Virus record (IMG/VR): IMGVR_UViG_3300025861_000004
Origin: a virus
Lineage: Duplodnaviria; Heunggongvirae; Uroviricota; Caudoviricetes
Reading direction: 5' to 3' (one strand)
Length of the DNA: 64,000 bases
In this document: piece by piece, positions 40,799 through 49,393 of the stretch
Layout: every line of letters begins with the position of its first letter
Numbering within the stretch: position 1 is the stretch's first letter
Made by a program: the position numbers and the translations under genes
Notes under the pieces: generated by a model
Databases searched by the model: none
What the model saw: the letters and a program-made list of their open reading frames with translations, nothing else
Told to the model about the DNA's origin: nothing

Positions 40799-41397
40799 CA
40801 GCAGCACTCCTGGAGGGAGGGCATGTCGTCTCGGACGTCCACGCAGGGGGTCCGTAGGGACCGCAGCCGCGTCTCGTTGTAGGTGACGGGGGGGACCTGT
40901 CGCGACAGGCGCACCAGGGTGATGTTGGCTCCCTGCGGGGGGAAGAACCCAAGCGTCGCGTCTACCACGCACAGGCTGTGCGTGGCGAAGAAGACCGGTA
41001 CGCCCGCCTGTGTGGTCCTCGTGAGGACGAGGTTGGTCACCGCCTTGACGAGGTCGGGGTGCATGCTCGTCTCTAGGTCGTCGATGAGCACGATGTCGTT
41101 TGGTGTGAGGTCGACGACTGCGCGCGCGATCGCGCCGAACCGTCGTGCCCCGTCCCCATAGGGCGGCTGGAGGAGGTTCTCCAGCACGGGGTCCTGCACG
41201 CTCGTAAGGAGCTGGAGGATCTCCGCGTCGTTGTGTACCAGCGCCGTCGCCGTCACGTACCGCATGAGGCGCGGAGACACCGAGGACACGTTGACGAGCG
41301 TTTGGGTCTTCCCCGTTCCTGGGGGACCCACAATGAATGTGACTTGCGACGGACGTGCGACGAGTACGAGTGGGTCAGGTAGAGCAGGGAGCGCCAT
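40795..41397 (-). CDS. Minimal ABC-fold ATPase (AAA_21-like, 200 aa)
   Basis: Walker A GPPGTGKT, signature-like YGDGARR, Walker B/D-loop VLIDDLETSMHP, H-loop FFATHS. Confidence 0.8.
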   Translation of the reverse strand: MALPALPDPLVLVARPSQVTFIVGPPGTGKTQTLVNVSSVSPRLMRYVTATALVHNDAEILQLLTSVQDPVLENLLQPPYGDGARRFGAIARAVVDLTPNDIVLIDDLETSMHPDLVKAVTNLVLTRTTQAGVPVFFATHSLCVVDATLGFFPPQGANITLVRLSRQVPPVTYNETRLRSLRTPCVDVRDDMPSLQECCC

Positions 41398-41456
41398 CCC
41401 GTTGAGAATGCCGGACTCACAGCTCCTTGTGTCAAGTTAGACCGTGTTGAGATCGC

Positions 41457-42044
41457 ATGGCCGACTCAACCCCTCGCCTCACCTGCCTGCATCGCCACCA
41501 CGTCGACGACCCGAACCCAGACCGGGCCTACCTCTGCGGGCACAAGCACAAGGGGGAGGAGGGTGCGCGCCGATGCGCGATGGAGCACCGGGGGATGTTC
41601 GGACGCTCCCTCGTGGACGTCTACGAGGTCTGCACGGCCTGCCAGGCCGTACCCAAGACGCGAGCCAGCTGCGCGACCTGCGCGGGGAGCGGGACGGGCA
41701 AGCACCTCGCCCGCTACGTCAACCGGACCCGCACGGGTCGGAGCTCCGCGTGGGCCACCATGGAGAAGGTCGTTCTCGACTACGGCACCCTCACGTGGGT
41801 GCAGCGCGTCGTCAACAAGGCGAGCGACAAGGGCCGAGATCTCGTCGCGTATCGGGTCAACTGGGCCCGCGACCTCACGTCGAGCCTTCTCGACCGGGTC
41901 GTCGACCCGACCGGAGTCCCAACCCCCTTCCTCGTGCGGCAGGACTACAAGGGGCGTTCTCGGCTCCTTGTGTCCGAGGACGAGGAGGCGCTCGACTGGA
42001 CCTACGAGGAGCGACGCTCCTGGGAGTTGTCCGCTTGTGCCTAG
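41457..42044 (+). CDS. Hypothetical protein with Cys/His motifs (195 aa)
   Basis: CGHKH, CTAC and CATC motifs. Confidence 0.7.
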   Translation: MADSTPRLTCLHRHHVDDPNPDRAYLCGHKHKGEEGARRCAMEHRGMFGRSLVDVYEVCTACQAVPKTRASCATCAGSGTGKHLARYVNRTRTGRSSAWATMEKVVLDYGTLTWVQRVVNKASDKGRDLVAYRVNWARDLTSSLLDRVVDPTGVPTPFLVRQDYKGRSRLLVSEDEEALDWTYEERRSWELSACA

Positions 42045-42556
42045 AGGTCTCCGGACCCAAACAGACCGACCTCCTCTAGTAGCTCGCGCACGGTCTCCTG
42101 CGTGGTTCCGTGGAGCAACACCTTGACGCGTCCGCCAGATAGGGATTGCAGGAGATGGGCCTCCGCGACGCGATCCTCCAGCGGGTCCTCCCGCGACGCG
42201 TTCGCGCAGTCCACGTAGACCACGATGGTGCTCTTGCTGAACCGGGCCAGGTAGGCCCGCGCCCACAAGGGGTCCTTCCCCTCGCGCACGGACTCTGGAA
42301 TCATGCCGACAGGGGCGAAGCGACACGCGCGCTTGGCCTTCTTGATGGGCAGTACGTCCAGGAGGGCCACCTCCAGCGGAGTGTCCGCCGAACACGGCAC
42401 CACCACTGCGTGGCTCTTCGCCAGGAGGGCCTGACCCTCGGCGCTCTCGATCTCTTCGGAGAGTGCCTGGTGGTCAACAGGGTCGATCACAACTAGGGAC
42501 GACAGGGACGACAGGATGGGTGGCCTGGAGAACAGGGACGATAGGATGGGTGTCAT
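42041..42556 (-). CDS. Hypothetical protein (171 aa)
   Basis: ATG exactly 30 nt after ACAGCTC; short internal duplication PILSSL x2. Confidence 0.65.
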   Translation of the reverse strand: MTPILSSLFSRPPILSSLSSLVVIDPVDHQALSEEIESAEGQALLAKSHAVVVPCSADTPLEVALLDVLPIKKAKRACRFAPVGMIPESVREGKDPLWARAYLARFSKSTIVVYVDCANASREDPLEDRVAEAHLLQSLSGGRVKVLLHGTTQETVRELLEEVGLFGSGDL

Positions 42557-42593
42557 GTTCCCTAGTAGCGTTCGAGTGCTGGAACAGAGCTGT
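42557..42593 (-). promoter_or_regulatory. Class A variant (ACAGCTC-N30-ATG)
   Basis: Exact spacing to ATG 42556. Confidence 0.55.
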
Positions 42594-44071
42594 CAGACCA
42601 CGAAGCCCAGCTGTCGCAGCGGGGAGGCCGCTTGAGGCTCCTTCCGAGGAGTCCGCTTGTCCCGCGTGGGGCGTAGAGCCGTCCGCACCTCCGCGATCCG
42701 CTGCGGGACGATCTCGGCGTAGTTGGGGCTGAGCTCGCAGCCCGTCCAGCACCAGCCGAGCACCTCCGCGACCCCCGCGACCGTGCCGGCGCCGACGAAC
42801 GGGTCCAGCACACGGGGAGGCACCGATCCCACACCACATGCGCAGGCGGGTCGATGCCCCCTCGTGGTGCGGGTGGGTCCACCTTGCCGCCATCCCGCGC
42901 GCACCACGTTGCACTGGGTCTTGTCCATCGGACGCTCGCCGCTTGCCTCTCGGTACGTCTGTCGGTCCACTATGCGCACCCATGGGGTCCCACAGGCCGC
43001 ACACACGTGCTCGGGACCGCTCAGCAGGCAGCGCTCCACCAGGAGCGGGGGCATCATGGCGAAGTGGCGAATCTTGCTCGGGTAGCTCGCGAGGAACCAC
43101 ACGTCCCGCTGGTTACGTCCGTCCGGGTTTCCGAGCGGCACTCCGTCGTAGCGCATCGACATCACGGGCCGGCGGTCCATGCGCCCCGTCTGGCTCTTGT
43201 CTCCGCTGAGGGACTTTCGCCGCTGGACGTACTGGAGGTTGTGGGGCTCCCGTACTGACTCCCCGTCGGAAAAGTACCTCTCCGAGCGCGTAAGCATGAG
43301 GACCGCCTCATGGGACCTCGTAGGTCTCCAGCTCCCGCGACGCAGCACCAGCCCGCCGTTTGCCCTGCACTTGTCGCACCCAGGGCAGGGGGCCCACTCG
43401 GGGGCGCTGAGGTTGACGTCGTGGCTCCAGTCGGACTGCGGACGGCCGGGGGAGCTCCGGGCTCCATACACCTGCTGGCCACGCCTTCCCGCGCGCACCT
43501 TGACGCGACACTGCTCCCAGCGCCAGCCGGTGACGCTCTCGGGGATCATGTTGCGCTTGGCCCACACGACGTCGGTGCGCAGCACCCACCCGTCCGCCTG
43601 GAGCGCCAGCGCTACCCGCCAGGGGACTCCGATGAGGTCCCCTGACTGGGGACCCTGGGGGCGACCCCCCTTTCGTCCCGCAGACTTCTGGTCCTCGTAG
43701 TGCTTGTCGCGAGACCCACTCGTGTAGGTGTCCCCCAGGTTGAGCCACAGAACTCCGTCGGGGCGGAGGACGCGCCGCACCTCGCGCATCACCTCCACCA
43801 GGTGGCCCACGTAGTGGGTGACCTCCTCCTCCTGGCCCAGCGCCGTCCTGCCCGCGGGCACGACTACTTCTGGGAGGTCTCGCATCGGGCGGTAGCGAAC
43901 CTCAGGCCACTCCACTCCGTCCTCATCTCCATCGTACGCCCGGAGGCGGAAGTAGGGAGGAGAGGTGACGACCATGTGGAAGGTCCCCTCCGGCAAGGTT
44001 GGGAGGGTGGTGCGGCAGTCTCCCACAAGGAGGCCGTTGTGCGAGGGGGCTTGGGTGGTTGAAGAGATCAT
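42593..44071 (-). CDS. DNA methyltransferase (N6-adenine/N4-cytosine, beta class) with Cys-rich insertions
   Basis: Motif IV VTSPPY near the N-terminus, motif I VLDPFVGAGT near the C-terminus; WLNLGD, HFAMMP. Confidence 0.92.
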   Translation of the reverse strand: MISSTTQAPSHNGLLVGDCRTTLPTLPEGTFHMVVTSPPYFRLRAYDGDEDGVEWPEVRYRPMRDLPEVVVPAGRTALGQEEEVTHYVGHLVEVMREVRRVLRPDGVLWLNLGDTYTSGSRDKHYEDQKSAGRKGGRPQGPQSGDLIGVPWRVALALQADGWVLRTDVVWAKRNMIPESVTGWRWEQCRVKVRAGRRGQQVYGARSSPGRPQSDWSHDVNLSAPEWAPCPGCDKCRANGGLVLRRGSWRPTRSHEAVLMLTRSERYFSDGESVREPHNLQYVQRRKSLSGDKSQTGRMDRRPVMSMRYDGVPLGNPDGRNQRDVWFLASYPSKIRHFAMMPPLLVERCLLSGPEHVCAACGTPWVRIVDRQTYREASGERPMDKTQCNVVRAGWRQGGPTRTTRGHRPACACGVGSVPPRVLDPFVGAGTVAGVAEVLGWCWTGCELSPNYAEIVPQRIAEVRTALRPTRDKRTPRKEPQAASPLRQLGFVV

Positions 44072-44134
44072 CGACCGATCTGAACCTGAGTCGGAAAGAC
44101 CATACCCCTAGGGTCTGCGAGCAGGATGGTGCCC

Positions 44135-44440
44135 ATGTCGTGCTCAACCTGCTCGTCCCCAACTGTTCTCGCCCCGCTGGTCCCCGCGATGGCCCCTGCC
44201 TACGTGGGTCCAGCTTACGTCCCGGCCTACGTGGCTCCGGCCTACGTGGCTCCGGCCTACGTTCCCGCAGTTCCCGTGGTGAACGTCGCGCCCTACCTGG
44301 TCGCGCCCTCCATCGCGTCCTCCTGGGCGCTCTTCCAGGCGGCCATGAACCTCGGGGCGCCGGTCGCCCTCGCTCCGGCTCCGGCCGCCAACAGCGCGTG
44401 CTGCGGGGGCTGTTCGCCCGTCGTCTACCGGGTCAAGTAG
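44135..44440 (+). CDS. Low-complexity PAYV-repeat protein with Cys clusters at both ends (101 aa)
   Basis: AGGA RBS; MSCSTCS...(PAYV)n...SACCGGCS; alternative start at 44126. Confidence 0.65.
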   Translation: MSCSTCSSPTVLAPLVPAMAPAYVGPAYVPAYVAPAYVAPAYVPAVPVVNVAPYLVAPSIASSWALFQAAMNLGAPVALAPAPAANSACCGGCSPVVYRVK

Positions 44441-44524
44441 TTCGAGATCCCGGAGCGGGTCGCGCCCGATCTCGTCTCCGTTCGGAAGCTCCCCATCTTG
44501 GAGCGGGCGAGAGAGGATTGAGGT

Positions 44525-45223
44525 ATGGGACGTAACAACTCAAATCGTGGCTGCGTGCCTTGCGAACCTCCACGTCGGAGGCGAGACGAGTGTGCGCCGT
44601 GCTACCCCGCATACCCGCCCGTCTACTGCCCACCCGTCTACTGCGAGCCGCCCCAGTGGAGTTGTCGGTGTAACCGACATCCTTGCGTCTGCGGAGGCTA
44701 CGGCGCGGGGGGCCACGGGTATCCCGGTCATCCCGGTCATCCCGGTCATCCCGGTCATCCCGGCCCCTACAACTACGGGTGCCGCTGTGGGCGCACGCCG
44801 TGTGGTTGTGGGCCTACCTACGTGGAGAGGGAGCGCAACATGGGCTGTCTACCTGGGTGCCGCTGCGCGCGGTGCTACGTGCCTTGCTACGACCCGTGCC
44901 CAGGTGGCTGGTCGAACTTTCGTTCGGGGGCCTGCTGCGCACCGGTCCTGTTCGACGCGTTCCTTGGGGGTCGGAGCTACCCGATCGCTGGCGGGACCGT
45001 ACGGGTGACGGTGACGACTCCGAGCGGGATCTTCGCGTCCAGCCCGAACCCCCCGATCGCCAACCAGGCCGCCCTGCTCGTGTGGCTCAACGGAGTGCTC
45101 GTCGAGGCCGCCAACGCTGGGTTCTCCTCCTTCGGCAACTTCCAGGCCGTTGGGGGCTACCTGCTGGCGGCGCGCATCGGGAACACGTGCGTCACGGGCC
45201 TCACGCCCATCCTCACCTCCTGA
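44525..45223 (+). CDS. Cys/Pro/Tyr/Gly-rich protein with PGH repeats and a globular C-terminal domain (232 aa)
   Basis: GAGG RBS; 23 Cys, 22 of them in the first ~140 aa; CxCxxxPCxCG occurs twice. Confidence 0.75.
   Translation: MGRNNSNRGCVPCEPPRRRRDECAPCYPAYPPVYCPPVYCEPPQWSCRCNRHPCVCGGYGAGGHGYPGHPGHPGHPGHPGPYNYGCRCGRTPCGCGPTYVERERNMGCLPGCRCARCYVPCYDPCPGGWSNFRSGACCAPVLFDAFLGGRSYPIAGGTVRVTVTTPSGIFASSPNPPIANQAALLVWLNGVLVEAANAGFSSFGNFQAVGGYLLAARIGNTCVTGLTPILTS
44723..44758 (+). repeat. 9-bp tandem repeat x4 (CCCGGTCAT) encoding PGH
   Basis: Read directly from the sequence. Confidence 0.95.
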
Positions 45224-45224
45224 C

Positions 45225-46727
45225 TTATCGTTCCGCGGGCTCGGACATCTTCTCCTTCTTCTCCTTGGGGGAAGCCTGACGAGCCCGCGGGGCGTCCTTC
45301 CTCGGTCGTCCCCGACGGGGTACCGGACTCTCCGCGGAGAGATCGATCTCCTGTACGCCGGCTCCGTGCTGGAGGCGGTCGATGACCTCCGCCGCGCACC
45401 GGTCGACGAACTGCTTCCCAGAGTCCTCACACCCCTCACGCACGACCCGCTCGACCACTTCGGTGGGGAAGTCGTCGAGGAGACGTCGCGCGATGCTCCG
45501 TCGCTGATCCTCTGTGGGGAGGGCGAAGGTGGCGCGCACGGTGACGCGCCGGCCGAACCGGGACTTCGACTTCGTGTCGAAGATCGTCGGGTCCACCTTG
45601 TGGATGTCGTTGACCGCGAGGATCGCCATGAGGCCCGAGACCTCCTGCACGCCGGATAGCGCCTGGAGGACCAGGTTGTAGGACGGGCCCTCGTCCGTGA
45701 CCCGCCGGCCGTTCTCGAACACGCGGTCGAAGTCGTCGAGCAGCGCGATCGCGGGGGTCCTCTCGACCATGTCCTGCCAGCCAGACTCGAAGGACCGCGA
45801 GTTCAGGCTCGTCAGGTGGAAGACGTGGATGGGCACTCCCATCTCGTAGGCGAGGGCGCGCGCGAGGGCGGTCTTTCCGGTCCCCGGAGGCCCCTCAAAC
45901 AACATCCCGCAGCGCCAGATGATGCGGCGGCGCGCGTAGTCGTCCCGCGCCTGGAACCAGGCGCGCGCGAACTGAACGGCGATCTTGGCGCTTGGGGTGA
46001 GGGCGAGGTCGTCGACTCCCTCGCAGGGCTCAGGGTCCCGCATGTCGTCGGGAGACACCCCATGCTCGTACAGGATGCGCTCTCCCTCCAGCGTCATCAT
46101 CCCATCCCCATCCATCGTCTTGGCGTACTGCTTCCGTGGACGTGCCGCCCGTATGGGGTCGTCGCTGTTGTCGTCGTTGTCTTCCGCCCCCACGTGGATG
46201 ACCGCGAACCGGTTGATCTCTGACGAGTGTCGCGGTGCGTGGTCGATCGCCTGCTGGGGGAAGTATTCCGTCGAGAAGAAGCCCCGCGGGAAGTAGATCT
46301 GTATCCCCTTCGCCTCGTCGATCCCGTAGCCCTCCTGGCGGACCAGCACGGGGATCGAGTTGACGATGTAGAGGGCGGGCTCCTCCGACACGTCGAGAGA
46401 CCCGAAGGTGACGTCGCGCTTGAGCTTGTCGCTGTAGGTGTTCTGTGATCGAAACCTCCCGCCGCCCGACAGGAGGGGGATCTTCCGGCACTTGTCCGTC
46501 AGGTACCGGAGGAGGCCCGCGCGGGCAGGTCCGGTAAATCGCTGACACACCAGCAGCGCCTGGAGGGGCAGGGGAAGGGAGAGGGTGCTACCGTTGGTGA
46601 AGTAGCTGATCGCGTCGTGGATCCCCCCCACGCGCTGGACGGCGCGGGTGAGCAAGGACACGTCGCTCCAGCGGGCGATTTTTGGGGTGTTGTAGACGTA
46701 CCTGCGTGTGCGCTTTATCACGGGCAT
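45225..46727 (-). CDS. AAA+ ATPase (500 aa) with no protease domain
   Basis: Walker A GPPGTGKT, Walker B IALLDDFD, sensor I AVND, SRH-like SRFGRR. Confidence 0.9.
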   Translation of the reverse strand: MPVIKRTRRYVYNTPKIARWSDVSLLTRAVQRVGGIHDAISYFTNGSTLSLPLPLQALLVCQRFTGPARAGLLRYLTDKCRKIPLLSGGGRFRSQNTYSDKLKRDVTFGSLDVSEEPALYIVNSIPVLVRQEGYGIDEAKGIQIYFPRGFFSTEYFPQQAIDHAPRHSSEINRFAVIHVGAEDNDDNSDDPIRAARPRKQYAKTMDGDGMMTLEGERILYEHGVSPDDMRDPEPCEGVDDLALTPSAKIAVQFARAWFQARDDYARRRIIWRCGMLFEGPPGTGKTALARALAYEMGVPIHVFHLTSLNSRSFESGWQDMVERTPAIALLDDFDRVFENGRRVTDEGPSYNLVLQALSGVQEVSGLMAILAVNDIHKVDPTIFDTKSKSRFGRRVTVRATFALPTEDQRRSIARRLLDDFPTEVVERVVREGCEDSGKQFVDRCAAEVIDRLQHGAGVQEIDLSAESPVPRRGRPRKDAPRARQASPKEKKEKMSEPAER

Positions 46728-46752
46728 CGTGGCCTACGATACCCAGGCGGCT

Positions 46753-47535
46753 CTAGGCAGTTAGGAGTCTCGTTCTCACGAGCCAGTCGTTCACCTCGAC
46801 CTCGTTGGGAGGTTCGACCGGGAGCGGGGAGCCCTCACGCGCGTCTTCCAAGGCCATGAACGCGCGAGGCAGCGTACAGATCCGCCAGTAGTCCCCCTCG
46901 GACGCCTCGATCAGATCAACACCGGCGCGCTTCTTCTCGACGAGGGACTGAACCTCGTCGAACCCGTAGCGGCGCAGCAGCGTGGGGAGGTCCAGGATGA
47001 TCTCCCCCGTTCGTAGCAAGTGTGCCCCGGTGAGTAGGGTGCGGAATGCGTAGAGCAGGCTCTTGACCGAGGTGCGCCCGGCCTGTTCGGCCTGGGTGCG
47101 GGCGAACCCCCGGTAGTGGTGGGCGACCCGGCGGGACAACGCTCGCCGCAGGATGCCCTGCATCTCGTCGAGCAGTCTGGAGGGGCTGAAGTACAGCCCC
47201 CCGAGCAGGCGCTCGATGTAGTTTCCGTTCCCCTGAAGCACGCCCTGGAGCACCCCGCCGAGCTCGTTGGAGGTGTAGTCGATCTTGATGCCCTCTCGCG
47301 TCGAGACGACGTTGTCGGAGGTTGGTTTCGGAGTAAGCCCGAGGAACAGGGCGGTTGGGTCCAAGTGGACTGCCTTCACGTCAACGTCCGAGTCGGGGGA
47401 AGGGAACCCATAAGCGTGCGACCCGGACAGCGCGACGACCACCGGGAGGTGGCGCGCCACCTCCTCTCGGACCAGGGCTTCCACGACCCTAGCCTGGTGG
47501 GGAGTAAGTAGCTCGTAGGCGTTGCCGCGCGTCAT
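46753..47535 (-). CDS. Pol-beta superfamily nucleotidyltransferase (PF10127/RlaP-like), copy 2
   Basis: SGSHAYGFPSPDSDVDVKAV, GNGNYIE, KSLLYAFR; ATGA coupling to copy 1. Confidence 0.88.
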   Translation of the reverse strand: MTRGNAYELLTPHQARVVEALVREEVARHLPVVVALSGSHAYGFPSPDSDVDVKAVHLDPTALFLGLTPKPTSDNVVSTREGIKIDYTSNELGGVLQGVLQGNGNYIERLLGGLYFSPSRLLDEMQGILRRALSRRVAHHYRGFARTQAEQAGRTSVKSLLYAFRTLLTGAHLLRTGEIILDLPTLLRRYGFDEVQSLVEKKRAGVDLIEASEGDYWRICTLPRAFMALEDAREGSPLPVEPPNEVEVNDWLVRTRLLTA

Positions 47536-48815
47536 GCGTCCTCCTTGGCATCGTCCCACTCGAGCATCGGGGGTGGCGGGGCGTGTAGGCCAAACGCCGA
47601 GACCTCTCCGCTCACCCAGCGACGCGCGGCCTCCTGACTGATGCGGTGCAGTAGGGCGTCGGCGGCGCGCAGGTTCGGGTGCTCGGGGAGCTTGGTGTGG
47701 CGGCGGGCCTCGTCGAGCATCGGAGCGGTCTCCTCCGCGTCTTGTACCACGTCGGCGAGGTCGACCTCGCCGCGCTTGATGGACAGCAGCCGGTCTCGAA
47801 GGCTACCGGAGACCTGGAAGTTCACCTCTCCCGTCCGTAGCCACTCGGTGGCCGTCGCGATGAGTCGCAGCAGGTTGTAGGCGTTCTTCGGGCGAAGCTC
47901 TCGTGGAAGGTCGAGGTCCTTCTCCGTCGCGTGCTCCGCGAAATTCACGAGCCCCGTGAAGCTGTTCTCCGCGATGATTCCCTGGTCGTAGAGCGACCGG
48001 TAGAGGTCCTTCACGTACTGCTTGCCTTGGACGTACAGCCCGCTTGAACCCGCTGGATGATCCTCCGGGAACTCGGTGACGATGCGTTGAGCTACGTCCT
48101 CCAGCAGGAGCGAGGGTTCCGTGCGAAGCCAATCGAGGACTACTCGTCGGCGATCGATGAGTGCGATCGCCTTCTGCATCTTCTTGAGTTGTGAGAGCGC
48201 GTAGCGGCCGAAGCTCCCGTAGATGTTCGCGGACACGAACGCCTGGCGGGCGTCGAGGATCCACTGTCCCATGACGTCGATCGTTTGGACCTCACCTACG
48301 AACAGTGTCTCCAGCGTGTTGGGGTCGGCACGCAGCGCCTGCTGGATGAACTTGTGGGTCGACCAGTAGGTGCAGGTCGCGTCGATCGACCCGATCTCCT
48401 CCGGTGCGGGGACCAGGCCCGTCGTCCATAGGAATGGCGGGACGAACACACCACGTCGGTCCGTGTCGGAGTTCTCGTTCGCGAGTCCCCAGGCCCGTGA
48501 ACCCACGATGGCCTCCAGCACCACGCAGGGGTGAAGGGCCGTCCAGTCGCGGTCGCGTCGGGCCGCGTAGCGCGCCTGGCCGGCGCGGCAGGGGACCACT
48601 TCGCTGCGCGAGTACCAAACCTGGCCGACCCCGACGACCTGGACCGCCACGCGATCCCCGTCGATGTGCTTGACGCGTCCGAGCGCGCCCGCCTTGACGG
48701 TGCGCTCCCCCACGACGCGATCGACCCGCGTGACGACCTCCGTACCTGGAGGCAGGGGGACGCGTAGCGGGTCGATGCCCGCCATCGACCTCATGTGTAG
48801 GGATTGTGTACTCAC
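47532..48815 (-). CDS. Pol-beta superfamily nucleotidyltransferase (PF10127/RlaP-like) with N-terminal beta domain, copy 1 (427 aa)
   Basis: VGSRAWGLANENSDTDRRGVF, ADPNTLETLF, KNAYNLLRL; GTG start with AGGAG RBS and GTGA coupling. Confidence 0.88.
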   Translation of the reverse strand: MSTQSLHMRSMAGIDPLRVPLPPGTEVVTRVDRVVGERTVKAGALGRVKHIDGDRVAVQVVGVGQVWYSRSEVVPCRAGQARYAARRDRDWTALHPCVVLEAIVGSRAWGLANENSDTDRRGVFVPPFLWTTGLVPAPEEIGSIDATCTYWSTHKFIQQALRADPNTLETLFVGEVQTIDVMGQWILDARQAFVSANIYGSFGRYALSQLKKMQKAIALIDRRRVVLDWLRTEPSLLLEDVAQRIVTEFPEDHPAGSSGLYVQGKQYVKDLYRSLYDQGIIAENSFTGLVNFAEHATEKDLDLPRELRPKNAYNLLRLIATATEWLRTGEVNFQVSGSLRDRLLSIKRGEVDLADVVQDAEETAPMLDEARRHTKLPEHPNLRAADALLHRISQEAARRWVSGEVSAFGLHAPPPPMLEWDDAKEDA

Positions 48816-49012
48816 GAGGAACTCCTGATGAGGCGTAGTTGCGGGGGTCGAGGTGGGCTCAGCATTAGCCCTTCGGGAGGCGGGTCGACCGCCGACAGGA
48901 AGGGTCGAGGTTTCGGTTCGTGAACGGCGGCGGGCACCAGGCCCACGCTCCCGCATGTTGGGCATATCCCCGGTACCAGCAGGAACTTCTTGCACCGAGC
49001 GCAGTAGAACAT
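48812..49012 (-). CDS. Small zinc-ribbon protein (66 aa)
   Basis: CARC...CPTC; full class A motif upstream. Confidence 0.7.
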   Translation of the reverse strand: MFYCARCKKFLLVPGICPTCGSVGLVPAAVHEPKPRPFLSAVDPPPEGLMLSPPRPPQLRLIRSSS

Positions 49013-49049
49013 GCGTTGTAGTCGGTGTTACGATCCAGACGGGAGCTGA
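49013..49049 (-). promoter_or_regulatory. Class A promoter motif (TCAGCTC-N17-CCGACTAC-N5-ATG)
   Basis: Consensus match and exact spacing. Confidence 0.8.
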
Positions 49050-49393
49050 GGGTACGACCCCTCGACGTAGAACCGGAGACTCAGCCGGCCCGCGAAGTAC
49101 CCGACCAGGACCACCACGAGGGGGCTCACCTGCGCGCGGGCCCCTCCCATGAGGAGCCACAACATCCACGCGGCGGCCATCGCGCTGAGTCGTGCTCCGA
49201 ACTGGTTGGGCACTCCGATCCGCTCGATCTTGATCTCCCCCACGTAGGTGATGAGGGTCATCATCATCCCCAATACGCAGAACCTCCAGTCGATGGTGTG
49301 GCCGAGCGCCCAGGCTGTCCCGTACCCCGCGAAGCCGGAGACGATTCCCTGGATGTGGCGACGAGTTGATCTCGACAGAGGAACGGAGATCAT
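49028..49393 (-). CDS. Putative membrane protein (121 aa)
   Basis: About four hydrophobic segments. Confidence 0.65.
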   Translation of the reverse strand: MISVPLSRSTRRHIQGIVSGFAGYGTAWALGHTIDWRFCVLGMMMTLITYVGEIKIERIGVPNQFGARLSAMAAAWMLWLLMGGARAQVSPLVVVLVGYFAGRLSLRFYVEGSYPQLPSGS

